DNA from: Rickettsiales bacterium | GTDB lineage: Bacteria > Pseudomonadota > Alphaproteobacteria > Rickettsiales > SXRF01 | Assembly: GCA_025464625.1 (NCBI GenBank) | Contig: JAOAUZ010000001.1 | Span: 398,848-462,847 of the forward strand | Length of the DNA: 64,000 nucleotides | Reading direction: 5' to 3' | Shown: in pieces, positions 1-9,211 of the stretch | Layout: each line of letters starts with the position of its first letter | How positions within the stretch are numbered: position 1 is the first letter of the stretch | Notes under the pieces: generated by a model | What the model was told of the DNA's origin: nothing | The model's input: the letters and a program-made list of their open reading frames with translations, nothing else | Database searches by the model: none | Translations under genes and position numbers: made by a program

Positions 1-126
1 TTAAATCGCCACCATGGCGCGCTGGTTATTGAAAGTGAAGTTGGAGTTGGCAGTACATTTTCAGTTTATTTACCAATATATGAAGATATTACACCCACAC
101 AGTTTGATAAAAAAGAATTGTTATAG
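1..126 (+). CDS. Sensor histidine kinase, C-terminal fragment (5' end outside the window); PhoR-like by context
   Basis: Frame +1 is open from the window edge and reads LNRHHGALVIESEVGVGSTFSVYLPIYEDITPTQFDKKELL, with a stop at 124-126. The ESEVGVGSTFxxxLP string is the typical end of an HATPase_c domain. It lies directly upstream of pstCAB. Confidence 0.6.
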   Translation, partial: LNRHHGALVIESEVGVGSTFSVYLPIYEDITPTQFDKKELL

Positions 127-152
127 TTAGGCTAGGTGATATAAGCAGTTTC

Positions 153-1115
153 ATGAATGAAATGATTATAAAATCTCTTAAAGACCGCCCTATTTCTAGC
201 AGTGCCAAAACACTTGATAGAATAATTTGTGCTATATTGTGGTTGGCGGCGGCAACCTCGATTCTTATCACCATTGCTATTGTATTTTCAGTTTTGCTCG
301 AGGCGATACGTTTTTTCAGTATAGTTCCACTAAGTGATTTTTTGTTTGGTTTGCAATGGAGCCCGCAGATGGCTTTACGACCTGACCAAGCTGGCAGCAG
401 TGGTGCATTTGGTGCCGTACCTTTATTTTTAGGAACATTGCTTATAACATTGGTGGCTATGTTTGTTGCCATTCCTGTTGGGTTATTTTCTGCGATTTAT
501 TTATCTGAGTATGCTAAGAAAAATACTCGTAATTTTCTTAAGCCTGCGCTTGAGATTCTGGCTGGTATTCCGACGGTGGTTTACGGTTATTTTGCAATAG
601 TATTTGTTTCACCATGGCTGAAATCTATAGGTGAAATAATAGGGCTGGATGTTGCTTCTGAAAGTGCTCTGGCTGCTGGTTTGGTTATGGGAATTATGAT
701 TATTCCTTTTATCTCATCGCTTTCTGACGATATTATAACTTCTGTGCCGCGGGCGCTCCGCGATGGTGCTTATGCTCTTGGTGCAACAAAATCAGAAACT
801 ATTAAAAACATTGTTCTTCCCGCTGCGTTACCAGGGGTTGCAGGAGCTATTCTCTTAGCAATATCACGGGCGATTGGTGAAACTATGATTGTGGTTATGG
901 CGGCTGGTATGTCGGCAAATCTTACAGCAAACCCGCTTCAGGCGGTGACAACAGTTACTGTGCAAATCGTGGCATTGCTTGTGGGGGATCAGGAATTTGA
1001 CAGCCCAAAAACTATGGCAGCGTTTGCGCTGGGATTAACGTTATTCTGCGTCACACTTATGTTGAATATTGTTGCTCTTAAAGTAGTAAATAACTACAGG
1101 AAAAAATATGCGTAG
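153..1115 (+). CDS. pstC: Phosphate ABC transporter permease PstC
   Basis: 320-aa polytopic protein with the EAA-type permease loop (AISRAIGETMIVVMAAG). First gene of a permease-permease-ATPase trio. Confidence 0.9.
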   Translation: MNEMIIKSLKDRPISSSAKTLDRIICAILWLAAATSILITIAIVFSVLLEAIRFFSIVPLSDFLFGLQWSPQMALRPDQAGSSGAFGAVPLFLGTLLITLVAMFVAIPVGLFSAIYLSEYAKKNTRNFLKPALEILAGIPTVVYGYFAIVFVSPWLKSIGEIIGLDVASESALAAGLVMGIMIIPFISSLSDDIITSVPRALRDGAYALGATKSETIKNIVLPAALPGVAGAILLAISRAIGETMIVVMAAGMSANLTANPLQAVTTVTVQIVALLVGDQEFDSPKTMAAFALGLTLFCVTLMLNIVALKVVNNYRKKYA

Positions 1116-2379
1116 CATTGATAAAACAGCGTGGCATAAAAAACGCTTACGCAGCGAGGCTCGTTTTAAATTTTATGGACGTTTGGCACTTTCAATAGCA
1201 GTGTTTATGCTAGTCCTACTGATTGGCAGCCTTATTCAGCGCGGTATGTCTGGTTTTATACAGGCTCAGGTGCGCCTTACAGTTGTTTTTGATTCGTCAG
1301 TTCTGGCATTAGAAAAAGATGAATCATTGGAGGGGCTTTCAGCTTCACGCTACATGCCGTTGGTTCGCAATGCCCTTAAAAAGAAATTTCCTGATGTAAC
1401 AGATCAGAGGGATTTGCGGGATTTATATTCACTATTGGGCAGCAGTTCGGCTGTACAGTTAAAGAAAATTCTGGAAGCAGATAATAAATTGTTAGGGCAG
1501 TCAAAGGAGCTATGGCTACCACTTTCCAGCAGTGCTGATTTGTTTATAAAGAATAATGGTCTTGATAATTCTGCAAATGAAACTGGAAAAATAAGTGAAA
1601 AACAGGTTGCATGGTTGAAAAGTTTTTCTGAAAATGGTGATATACGAAAAGTTTTTAATAACGGATTCTTTACACAAGGTGACTCGCGCAATCCCGAGAG
1701 TGCAGGTTTTCTCGGAGCTATGGTTGGCTCTGCCTTTACCCTTATTATTTGTTTGCTTGTGGTTTTTCCGCTTGGTGTGGCAACCGCAGTATTTCTAGAA
1801 GAATTTGCAAAAAAAGGTCGCTGGGTAGATTTTATCGAGGTTAATATCAACAATCTTGCTGCCGTGCCTTCCATTGTTTTTGGTCTGCTCGGGCTTGCGG
1901 TTTATATAAATACACTTGGTATGCCACGCTCTGCCTCGTTAGTTGGGGGGATGACGCTTTCCCTTATGATCCTGCCTGTAATTATTATTGCTACTCGAAC
2001 ATCACTAAAATCTATTCCCAATTCCATCCGTGATGCTGCGCGCGCTCTTGGTGCAACCCCTGTGCAGATGGTGTGGCATCACACCTTGCCATTATCCATG
2101 CCAGGGATTATGACGGGAACTATTTTGGGTATGGCGCGCGCTATAGGCGAAACTGCGCCGTTGCTCATGATTGGTATGGTAGCGTTTGTTGCCGATATTC
2201 CCAGTGGGTTTACATCCCCAGCAACAGTTATGCCCGTGCAGATTTACCTTTGGGCAGGAAGCCCAGAAGCTGGCTTTGCTGAAAAAACCGCTGCTGGCAT
2301 TTTGCTTTTACTCGTGCTACTCATCGCCATGAATATGCTGGCGATAATCCTTCGCAAAAAATTTGAAGTACGGTGGTAG
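1108..2379 (+). CDS. pstA: Phosphate ABC transporter permease PstA
   Basis: 423 aa, long alpha-type PstA with the [15 protein letters not shown] loop. Overlaps the pstC stop by 8 nt. Confidence 0.9.
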   Translation: MRSIDKTAWHKKRLRSEARFKFYGRLALSIAVFMLVLLIGSLIQRGMSGFIQAQVRLTVVFDSSVLALEKDESLEGLSASRYMPLVRNALKKKFPDVTDQRDLRDLYSLLGSSSAVQLKKILEADNKLLGQSKELWLPLSSSADLFIKNNGLDNSANETGKISEKQVAWLKSFSENGDIRKVFNNGFFTQGDSRNPESAGFLGAMVGSAFTLIICLLVVFPLGVATAVFLEEFAKKGRWVDFIEVNINNLAAVPSIVFGLLGLAVYINTLGMPRSASLVGGMTLSLMILPVIIIATRTSLKSIPNSIRDAARALGATPVQMVWHHTLPLSMPGIMTGTILGMARAIGETAPLLMIGMVAFVADIPSGFTSPATVMPVQIYLWAGSPEAGFAEKTAAGILLLLVLLIAMNMLAIILRKKFEVRW

Positions 2380-2384
2380 GTTAT

Positions 2385-3146
2385 ATGAAAAATAGTAAAA
2401 TAACGACAAAAAACCTCAATGTTTTTTATGGCGCGAAACAGGCATTGTTTGACCTTAATATTGATATGCCAGAAAATAGTGTGACTGCGCTTATTGGTCC
2501 TTCTGGTTGTGGTAAATCAACGTTTCTGCGTTGTATCAACCGTATGAATGACACTATTGATGGCTGCCGTGTTGATGGCGAAATATTAGTGGAAGGGCGC
2601 AACATAAATGCTGCCGAGCAAGACGTAGTTCAGCTTCGCGCATGGATTGGTATGGTGTTTCAAAAGCCGAACCCGTTTCCAAAATCTATTTATGATAATG
2701 TGGCGTATGGCCCGCGTATTCATAATATGACAAAAAATAAAGCGGAACTTGATGCATTGGTTGAAACCAGCTTGCGTCGCGCTGGCTTGTTTGAGGAAGT
2801 TAAGGACAGGCTTTCTGATTCGGGAACTAGTCTCTCTGGTGGGCAGCAGCAGAGGCTTTGCATTGCACGCACGATTGCTGTGAATCCAGAAATTATACTT
2901 ATGGATGAGCCTTGTTCTGCGCTTGACCCAATCGCTACCGCCCGCATTGAAGAATTAATAGACGAGCTTAAAGAGCATTTTACCATCGTGATAGTTACCC
3001 ACTCTATGCAACAGGCGGCTCGCGTGTCAGAAAAAACTTGTTTCTTCCACATGGGAAAAATCATTGAATCAGGCGCAACCAGCCAGATTTTCACCGCACC
3101 AGTGCATCAGCAGACACAGGATTACATCACTGGCAGGTATGGTTGA
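2385..3146 (+). CDS. pstB: Phosphate import ATP-binding protein PstB
   Basis: Walker [10 protein letters not shown], signature LSGGQQQRL, Walker [13 protein letters not shown] chose the ATG at 2385 rather than the GTG at 2373 in the ORF track. Confidence 0.93.
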   Translation: MKNSKITTKNLNVFYGAKQALFDLNIDMPENSVTALIGPSGCGKSTFLRCINRMNDTIDGCRVDGEILVEGRNINAAEQDVVQLRAWIGMVFQKPNPFPKSIYDNVAYGPRIHNMTKNKAELDALVETSLRRAGLFEEVKDRLSDSGTSLSGGQQQRLCIARTIAVNPEIILMDEPCSALDPIATARIEELIDELKEHFTIVIVTHSMQQAARVSEKTCFFHMGKIIESGATSQIFTAPVHQQTQDYITGRYG

Positions 3147-3150
3147 GTTT

Positions 3151-3229
3151 TTGTCATGACTTAAGCGCAAGCGAAGTATCTCATTAAATCCCTTACGGAG
3201 ATTCTTCGGCTATGCCTCAGAATTACAGG
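3151..3229. repeat. Palindromic repeat element, intergenic copy A (degenerate)
   Basis: ttgtcatgacttaagcgcaagcgaagtatctc ... gagattcttcggctatgcctcagaattacagg. The arms are imperfect reverse complements and clearly related to the copy at 7695-7769. It lies between the convergent 3' ends of pstB and truA. Confidence 0.7.
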
Positions 3230-3262
3230 TGTTGATACTTCACAATCCGCAGGATTATAGAT

Positions 3263-4117
3263 CTAATAATCCACACCCGTAAGGTATAAACCTTCTGGTG
3301 GGCAGGTTGGACCTCCAGCTCTGCGATCTTTAGCTTCTAGGGCTTTTTGTACATCTGCCACGCTCCATTTACCTTTGCCTACCAAGCTAAGTGTGCCAAC
3401 CATGTTGCGGACTTGATGGTGTAAAAATGACCGTGCGGAAGCGACTATATGTATCTCGTTATTTCTGCGAGTTACGTTGAATATTTCCAATGTTTTTTCG
3501 GCGGATTTTGATTGGCAGCGTGTGTCGCGGAATGTGCTAAAATCATGATGACCAATAAGCACATTTGCTGCCTGCTGCATGGCTTTTTCGTCTAAATCCT
3601 CAATTACATGCCAAGCCCGTCCAGCCTCTAACCCCAGCCGTGGGCGGCGGTTGATAATACGGTAGAGATAATGCCGCCTTTTGGCAGAAAAGCGGGCGTG
3701 AAAATCATCACCAACTCGCTGTGCATCTAAAATTGCAATGCGGTTTTCGGGCCAAAATTTGTCATCCCGAACATTTATGTGAGGGATCTTGTCAATATTA
3801 TTCTGCAAAGATCCCTCGACTTCGCTCGGGATGACAGAAAGGGTAGGAATGATGTTTGGCGGATTAAATAGGTAATAATTTATTCCCTGCATAACCTTAA
3901 AACCTTCAGTGTCCATGTCTATGTCAACATGCGCAACTTGAGCGGTGGCGTGAACACTGGCGTCAGTGCGCCCTGCACCCACCACATCCACTTTCTGTCC
4001 AGAAAAAAGAAAAACGGCATTCATTAATGCCTCCTGCACGGTTGGCTGGTCGGCTTGACGCTGCCAGCCAGCATAAGGCATTCCGTCATATTCAAGGATT
4101 AGTTTGTAGCGGGGCAT
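3263..4117 (-). CDS. truA: tRNA pseudouridine(38-40) synthase TruA, carrying an in-frame insertion of about 39 aa
   Basis: MPRYKLILEYDGxxYxGWQRQ N-terminus, catalytic GAGRTDAxVHA, and FHARFSAKxRxYxY. Confidence 0.9.
   Translation of the reverse strand: MPRYKLILEYDGMPYAGWQRQADQPTVQEALMNAVFLFSGQKVDVVGAGRTDASVHATAQVAHVDIDMDTEGFKVMQGINYYLFNPPNIIPTLSVIPSEVEGSLQNNIDKIPHINVRDDKFWPENRIAILDAQRVGDDFHARFSAKRRHYLYRIINRRPRLGLEAGRAWHVIEDLDEKAMQQAANVLIGHHDFSTFRDTRCQSKSAEKTLEIFNVTRRNNEIHIVASARSFLHHQVRNMVGTLSLVGKGKWSVADVQKALEAKDRRAGGPTCPPEGLYLTGVDY
3752..3868. repeat. Palindromic repeat element copy C, inserted in frame inside truA
   Basis: Core at 3759-3837: ttgtcatcccgaacatttatgtgagggatc ... gatccctcgacttcgctcgggatgacag (inverted arms). 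On the minus strand it encodes FNPPNIIPTLSVIPSEVEGSLQNNIDKIPHINVRDDKFW, placed between the conserved INxYL and PxxIxIL blocks of TruA. Confidence 0.6.
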
Positions 4118-4238
4118 TGACTCTGGATCTCATTATTAATTGTAATTAACTATTGTTGCCTTTTTAGGCAGATTATGATAATCTTACAAGCACATAAGGT
4201 GTGTATACAGAAAAATATAGCTGTTATTTGGAGTTTTT

Positions 4239-4721
4239 ATGGGTGATGAGATAATATCAAATGCTTTGAAGGATGCTAATGATAAGTTCATAGCTCAATA
4301 TAAAGAGGTAGCGGCAGCATACAGAGCAGAACTCGATGAAGGCAAAAACCCAGCCGTTCCATATATGAATGTTGCTGTTGGAGGTATGGTACTAAAAAAA
4401 GATGGATTATTAAACACTTTCTTAGATGCTACGATTGTTAAACACACTTTTGAATGTCCACCCAGCGAAGATATAAAAAAGTTGCCAGAGGATGTTGTAA
4501 GGTCGGAAATTTATAGGGATTCTTCAGAAAAATTGCAAGATGCCCAAAGCTTGGGGTTTATATTCAACAAATTTCCTCAAGTTGGAGTTCCTCCAGTCAC
4601 TATTCTTGAATATAAAGAGGCTACCACAGACGATGTATTTCATCAATGTGCTGATAATTACGAAAAAGCGAATGAAGAGTTGCCAAAGCGGTTGAATCCT
4701 AAAATGATTGCCCGTAGATGA
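4239..4721 (+). CDS. Hypothetical protein, 160 aa, no recognisable domain
   Basis: ATG preceded by GGAG. Only long ORF in this interval. Its stop abuts the fmt stop on the opposite strand. Confidence 0.5.
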   Translation: MGDEIISNALKDANDKFIAQYKEVAAAYRAELDEGKNPAVPYMNVAVGGMVLKKDGLLNTFLDATIVKHTFECPPSEDIKKLPEDVVRSEIYRDSSEKLQDAQSLGFIFNKFPQVGVPPVTILEYKEATTDDVFHQCADNYEKANEELPKRLNPKMIARR

Positions 4722-5636
4722 TTAGTTTAGAACTGTTCTTACTGAGATAGTAAATCCATGTAAGAATTCATCTACACCCATACGTTTTTTGTTAGGACGT
4801 TGTAGAATGAGTGGGTACAAAATACCATCGCCACACGCAATTCCCAATTTATCATCTATAATTGTTCCTGCATTTGCAGTTGTATAAAGCTTTTCAATTT
4901 TTGCATTAAATATTTTAATTATCTCATTGTTATAACTGAAATATGCTCCTTGTGCGGGAGATAGCCCAAGAATTTGATAATATATTTCTTCTGCCGACTT
5001 AGACCAATCAATCGTACAATCTTCTTTGCTGATTTTTTTTGCATAAGTAACACCAATTTCTGATTGTTTTTGAGGTGTTATAGACTTTATCTCATCTAAT
5101 ACTTTAATTATTAGAGGGGCTGCTTTTTGTGAAAGTAGACTGTGTAATTCTCCAGCATTCGTGCCATCTGGAATATCTATATGTTCGGTGAGCAACATAT
5201 CGCCAGTATCTAATCCTTCATCCATTTTCATTATCACAATTGCGGTTTTTTTATCACCTGCCATGATTGTACGTTGGATTGGTGCAGCACCGCGCCAGCG
5301 AGGAAGTAGTGATGGGTGAACATTTATACAACCAAGAGGATATGCTTCCAAAATAGCTTTTGGCAATAATAACCCATATGCCACCACTATTGCTATGTCT
5401 GCCTTATGACTCGCAAATTCGGCTTGAGCTTCTGTTGATTTTAAGCTGACTGGGGTATAAATTGGTAAATTATGCTCCAGCGCGAACATGTGAACTGGTG
5501 AAGGAGTTTCCTTTTGCCCGCGACCTGCTGGGCGTGGAGGCTGGGTATAAACAGCAACAATCTCATGCTTACTAGATTGCAGAGCAGCCAGAGTGGGAAC
5601 TGCAAATTCGGGAGTTCCCATGAAAACAACGCGCAT
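4722..5636 (-). CDS. fmt: Methionyl-tRNA formyltransferase
   Basis: MRVVFMGTPEFAVP N-terminus and the HPSLLPRWRGAAPIQ motif. I preferred the ATG at 5636 over the TTG at 5657. Confidence 0.9.
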   Translation of the reverse strand: MRVVFMGTPEFAVPTLAALQSSKHEIVAVYTQPPRPAGRGQKETPSPVHMFALEHNLPIYTPVSLKSTEAQAEFASHKADIAIVVAYGLLLPKAILEAYPLGCINVHPSLLPRWRGAAPIQRTIMAGDKKTAIVIMKMDEGLDTGDMLLTEHIDIPDGTNAGELHSLLSQKAAPLIIKVLDEIKSITPQKQSEIGVTYAKKISKEDCTIDWSKSAEEIYYQILGLSPAQGAYFSYNNEIIKIFNAKIEKLYTTANAGTIIDDKLGIACGDGILYPLILQRPNKKRMGVDEFLHGFTISVRTVLN

Positions 5637-5641
5637 TTTAT

Positions 5642-6244
5642 TTAACCGTGGTTGCAATGTTCGCCATGAACATGGTGATGATCGTGATCATGGTCAAAAG
5701 CACCAGCTTTTTTTAGTTTTACAAGTCTGCGGGTTATTATGTCACGCTTTACACTGGAAATATGGTCAACAAAAGTTATGCCGTTTAGGTGATCAATTTC
5801 ATGCTGGATACAGGTTGCAAGCAAGCCATCAAATTCTTTTTCTTGTTGTTTGCCTTCCAAGTCCATGAATTTTACACGCACAGATGATGGGCGAACAACT
5901 TCCGCAAACTGATCTGGAAATGATAGACAGCCTTCTTTATAGCTATGTTCATCTCCAGAATCTTTTACAATTTGGGGGTTGATTAGAACATGTTGTTTGC
6001 CAATGGTTATCTCTTCATCTGAGTTTTCATCAGCATAACGTGAACCGTTCCACTCTACATCAGCGACCAAAACTTGTTTGTGGACTCCAATTTGCACGGC
6101 AGCAAGCCCGATTCCACGTTCATAATACATGGTCTCAAACATGTCGCGTACCAATTCACGAATAGAATCATCAACCTTTTCTACAAGGAAAGATTTGGTT
6201 TTGAGGCGCGGGTCTGGCGCTATTATTATAGAGCGAATGGTCAT
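5642..6244 (-). CDS. def: Peptide deformylase with a His-rich C-terminal tail
   Basis: The three Def motifs are present: GIGLAAVQIG, EGCLSFP, QHEIDHLNG. The tail is AFDHDHDHHHVHGEHCNHG. Confidence 0.9.
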   Translation of the reverse strand: MTIRSIIIAPDPRLKTKSFLVEKVDDSIRELVRDMFETMYYERGIGLAAVQIGVHKQVLVADVEWNGSRYADENSDEEITIGKQHVLINPQIVKDSGDEHSYKEGCLSFPDQFAEVVRPSSVRVKFMDLEGKQQEKEFDGLLATCIQHEIDHLNGITFVDHISSVKRDIITRRLVKLKKAGAFDHDHDHHHVHGEHCNHG

Positions 6245-6280
6245 TTAATGTAATCCAAATTTGTTGAAATTAGAGAAATT

Positions 6281-7660
6281 TTAACACACATCTTTTAAGC
6301 GTCCAATGGTTTCTTCTTTTCCGAGTATCTCCATAACCTCGAACATACTGGGAGAGGTGGTTTTTCCAGCTATGGCAGCGCGCAGCGGTTGGGCGATATT
6401 GCCAAGTTTTTGACCAACTTCTTCGCTATATTCACGGCAAATTCTTTCTAATTCAATATGATTCCAATCAGTTAAGTCGCTTAACTTAGGTAGTAAGCCA
6501 GATATTATTTCACGTCCGCCTTTATCTATTATTGCTTTTGCCTTTTCATCTAATATTATTGGTCGGTTTGCAATATAAAAGGCAGCATTTTCAGCGAGTT
6601 CGACTATTGTTTTCGCGCGTTGCTTTAAGCCGTTCATTGCTTTTAGCAGGACAGAACGACACTCAATATTTCCTGTTGTTTGAGGGTAACAAATATTTGG
6701 AAATATTAAATCAACTAACCTTGCATCATCTGCCTCACGCATATAATGCCCATTGAGGTTTTCCAGTTTGGCAAAGTCAAAACGCGATGGTGATTTTCCA
6801 ACAGAATCTAGATTAAACCATTCAATCGCCTGTTTTGTGCTGATAATTTCATCATCACCGTGCGACCAGCCAAGACGCAGCAGGTAATTGCGGATTGCCT
6901 CTGGCAGATATCCCATTTTTTCATATTCACCAACGCCGAGTGCGCCGTGACGTTTGGAGAGTTTTGCACCGTCTGCGCCATGAATCAGCGGGATATGGGC
7001 AAAGTCAGGGGCTTTCCAGCCCATTGCCTGATATATAAGTAGTTGGCGGAAGCTGTTGGTGTGGTGGTCATCACCGCGGATAATCTGGGTGATTCCCATA
7101 TCATGATCGTCAACTACCACTGCCAGCATATAGGTTGGTGTGCCGTCGGAGCGCAGCAGAACCATATCATCCAGTTCGCTGTTTTTAACGCTTACCGTGC
7201 CTTGCACTTTATCATGAACAATAGTTTCACCATCTAAAGGAGCTTTCAGGCGAACAACTGGAGGAACGCCAGCAGGAGCAGGTTTATCACCATCACGGTA
7301 AGGACTACGGAATTTTGCATTAGGGTTTTTTGTACGAAATTCTTCCAGTTCTCCTTGTGCGGTATAGCAGTAAAATGCTTTGCCGTTTCTAACCAACTCA
7401 TGGGCGATTTCTGCGTGACGTGGCGTGCGGGCGAATTGATAAACAACCTCACCATCCCAGTCTAGTCCTAGCCATTTCATGCCATCAATAATAGCTTGCG
7501 TAGCTTCGGGTGTGGAGCGTGCGCGGTCAGTATCTTCTATCCGCAGTAGAAATTTGCCACCCGCATGCTTGGCGTAAAGCCAGTTAAACAGTGCGGTGCG
7601 CGCACCACCAATATGTAAAAATCCAGTGGGAGAGGGTGCAAATCGGGTTATTACGGTCAT
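6281..7660 (-). CDS. gltX: Glutamate--tRNA ligase
   Basis: Class I signatures: [15 protein letters not shown] (HIGH) and KLSKRHG (KMSKS). Confidence 0.93.
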   Translation of the reverse strand: MTVITRFAPSPTGFLHIGGARTALFNWLYAKHAGGKFLLRIEDTDRARSTPEATQAIIDGMKWLGLDWDGEVVYQFARTPRHAEIAHELVRNGKAFYCYTAQGELEEFRTKNPNAKFRSPYRDGDKPAPAGVPPVVRLKAPLDGETIVHDKVQGTVSVKNSELDDMVLLRSDGTPTYMLAVVVDDHDMGITQIIRGDDHHTNSFRQLLIYQAMGWKAPDFAHIPLIHGADGAKLSKRHGALGVGEYEKMGYLPEAIRNYLLRLGWSHGDDEIISTKQAIEWFNLDSVGKSPSRFDFAKLENLNGHYMREADDARLVDLIFPNICYPQTTGNIECRSVLLKAMNGLKQRAKTIVELAENAAFYIANRPIILDEKAKAIIDKGGREIISGLLPKLSDLTDWNHIELERICREYSEEVGQKLGNIAQPLRAAIAGKTTSPSMFEVMEILGKEETIGRLKDVC

Positions 7661-7694
7661 AGATGGGCTTTAGCAGTTAGGGATTAGCTATAAA

Positions 7695-7769
7695 TTGTCA
7701 TACTGAGCGTAAGCGAAGTATCTCGCTATAAAACTACAAGTGGATTCTTCGCTATGCTCAGAATGACAA
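7695..7769. repeat. Palindromic repeat element, intergenic copy B (best preserved)
   Basis: The left arm ttgtcatactgagcgtaagcgaagtatc pairs with the right arm gattcttcgctatgctcagaatgacaa (its reverse complement is ttgtcattctgagcatagcgaagaatc). The loop is about 20 nt. It lies between the 3' end of the small-paralog operon and the gltX start. Confidence 0.75.
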
Positions 7770-7785
7770 CAAGATATAGGTATAT

Positions 7786-8049
7786 CTATAGCAGTGTATT
7801 TGCGTCAAATCCATAGTCATCGAGTAATTTCTTTTTTACTTCCTCAGTTGGAGTAAGACCATAGCCAGAGGCGAGTATTTTGCCATAATCATTGAGGTCA
7901 AACTGTCCGCTGGTTACTTGTTTTAGCATTTTGATTTTTTCAGTGGGCGCGAGCAGAAAATAATAGCAATCATATCCATTTAGATCCTTGCAGGTGACAA
8001 AATGGATCGGAGTGCTGCCAGAACCAACTATTTTATTTGCAAACGACAT
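7786..8049 (-). CDS. Hypothetical protein, 87 aa, last gene of the small-protein operon
   Basis: ORF starts 1 nt after the upstream gene's stop. I recognise no motif and it is unrelated to the four upstream paralogs. Confidence 0.55.
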   Translation of the reverse strand: MSFANKIVGSGSTPIHFVTCKDLNGYDCYYFLLAPTEKIKMLKQVTSGQFDLNDYGKILASGYGLTPTEEVKKKLLDDYGFDANTLL

Positions 8050-8050
8050 T

Positions 8051-8470
8051 TTATCTGTTTAATCCGAGTTCTTTTGGGCTTTTTATACTAACTCCCTTAA
8101 CACGACTCAGACCATTAGGTTTTATTTGCATATCTTCACTCATCCTAATTTTATTTGTTAGAATTCCATGTAATTTTTGATTATATTCTGGAATCTTTCC
8201 ATCAGCCCCCTTGGCATTGAGCTGTTCTTTAAGTTCATTAACAAGTTTTTCTTTTTGTTGTTTAATAGTGCCATCAGATTTTGTTACATCTAATGAAACA
8301 CCAGCTTCCTTGTGTAATATTTTAACTCGTTGTATAGAGGCATTTGACTCATTAACAGCTTCTACAGAATTAACAATTGCAGATAGTAGCTTAGTTAGTG
8401 TGATATCTGGCAATTTTCCAGTTATTGTGTAGCTATTATCAGATAAATCAAAATCAGATCCTAAATTCAT
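8051..8470 (-). CDS. Hypothetical small protein, paralog 4 (139 aa, most diverged, with an internal insertion)
   Basis: Shares SYTITGKLP, VKILHKE, an EKLVNELKEQL helix and the tail NGLSRVKGVSIKSP with the three upstream ORFs. Leader is TAAATAGAAAGG-N6-ATG. Confidence 0.55.
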   Translation of the reverse strand: MNLGSDFDLSDNSYTITGKLPDITLTKLLSAIVNSVEAVNESNASIQRVKILHKEAGVSLDVTKSDGTIKQQKEKLVNELKEQLNAKGADGKIPEYNQKLHGILTNKIRMSEDMQIKPNGLSRVKGVSIKSPKELGLNR

Positions 8471-8536
8471 TTACTGCCTTTCTATTTATTCGATTAAATT
8501 TACTGTTTATTATTCAACAAAAATAATTGTGTTTAC

Positions 8537-8875
8537 CTATAGAGTCTTTTCTTGCGCTGGCGGGCTTACCACTTCTGCTTTTCCATGAACAGTGCTGCTA
8601 GGAGTGGCTTGTTTAACTAGTTCTTCTTGGTATTTTTTGTGAACTTCATTAATATCAGATTTAGGAGGTATCTGTAATGAAACTTCCTTGCGTCCAGCTT
8701 CAGGGTTAGCTTCATGAACAAAATTTACAGTGGTGCGATCCACATCTGCATGCAGTGCAGCCTGCCTGATGAATGCCTTAATAATTTCTGGATCTTCCGA
8801 AGGAACGGCACTCGGCACTTTATAGGTTAAAGTTGCGCCTTCTGTTGTTGTAAAGTCAGCACTTGTAGCAGCCAT
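8537..8875 (-). CDS. Hypothetical small protein, paralog 3 (112 aa)
   Basis: Blocks TYKVPSAVP, VNFVHEA, KKYQEELVKQ and VHGKAEVVSPP. Leader is TAAACAGAAAGG-N7-ATG. Starts 2 nt after the stop of paralog 2. Confidence 0.6.
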   Translation of the reverse strand: MAATSADFTTTEGATLTYKVPSAVPSEDPEIIKAFIRQAALHADVDRTTVNFVHEANPEAGRKEVSLQIPPKSDINEVHKKYQEELVKQATPSSTVHGKAEVVSPPAQEKTL

Positions 8876-8877
8876 AA

Positions 8878-9165
8878 TTAAACCTTTCTGTTTATCTGTT
8901 GTGGGCTTGTTATTTCTATTTTTCCTTGTCCAATTCCGTCTAGTTTTCTTTTTGCTAATTCTTCTTGGTATTTATCCATAACCTCATCTTTAGTGCAATT
9001 AGTGCAGAGTGACAGTTTTATGCCATTGCCTTTATGCAAAAATGTTGTTTCCGTACCAGCTTTTTTTGTATGTCCTATAGCCTCCACGATAAATTTTTCA
9101 ACACCCCTCGCATCAGTGGGCGCACCCTCTGGCAAGGTATAGGTCTGTGTTTGTTCATCATACAT
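8878..9165 (-). CDS. Hypothetical small protein, paralog 2 (95 aa)
   Basis: Blocks YTLPEGAP, TTFLHKG, DKYQEELAKRK and DGIGQGKIEITSP. Confidence 0.6.
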   Translation of the reverse strand: MYDEQTQTYTLPEGAPTDARGVEKFIVEAIGHTKKAGTETTFLHKGNGIKLSLCTNCTKDEVMDKYQEELAKRKLDGIGQGKIEITSPQQINRKV

Positions 9166-9211
9166 AGATTTTATATTTTCTCTTCTTAAAATTAAAACAG
9201 TATCGAAAAAT

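Noticed and set aside
89-472. Antisense ORF of 127 aa overlapping pstC. The same type of shadow ORF appears at 1404-1874, 2720-3094, 20133-20693, 30280-30801, 36488-37213, 49745-50140, 53299-53718, 18674-18973 and many shorter ones in the ORF track.
   Set aside because: Each lies entirely inside, and antisense or out of frame to, a CDS with strong family motifs. Their translations are low-complexity or Ser/Arg/Leu-rich with no motifs. They are typical shadow ORFs.
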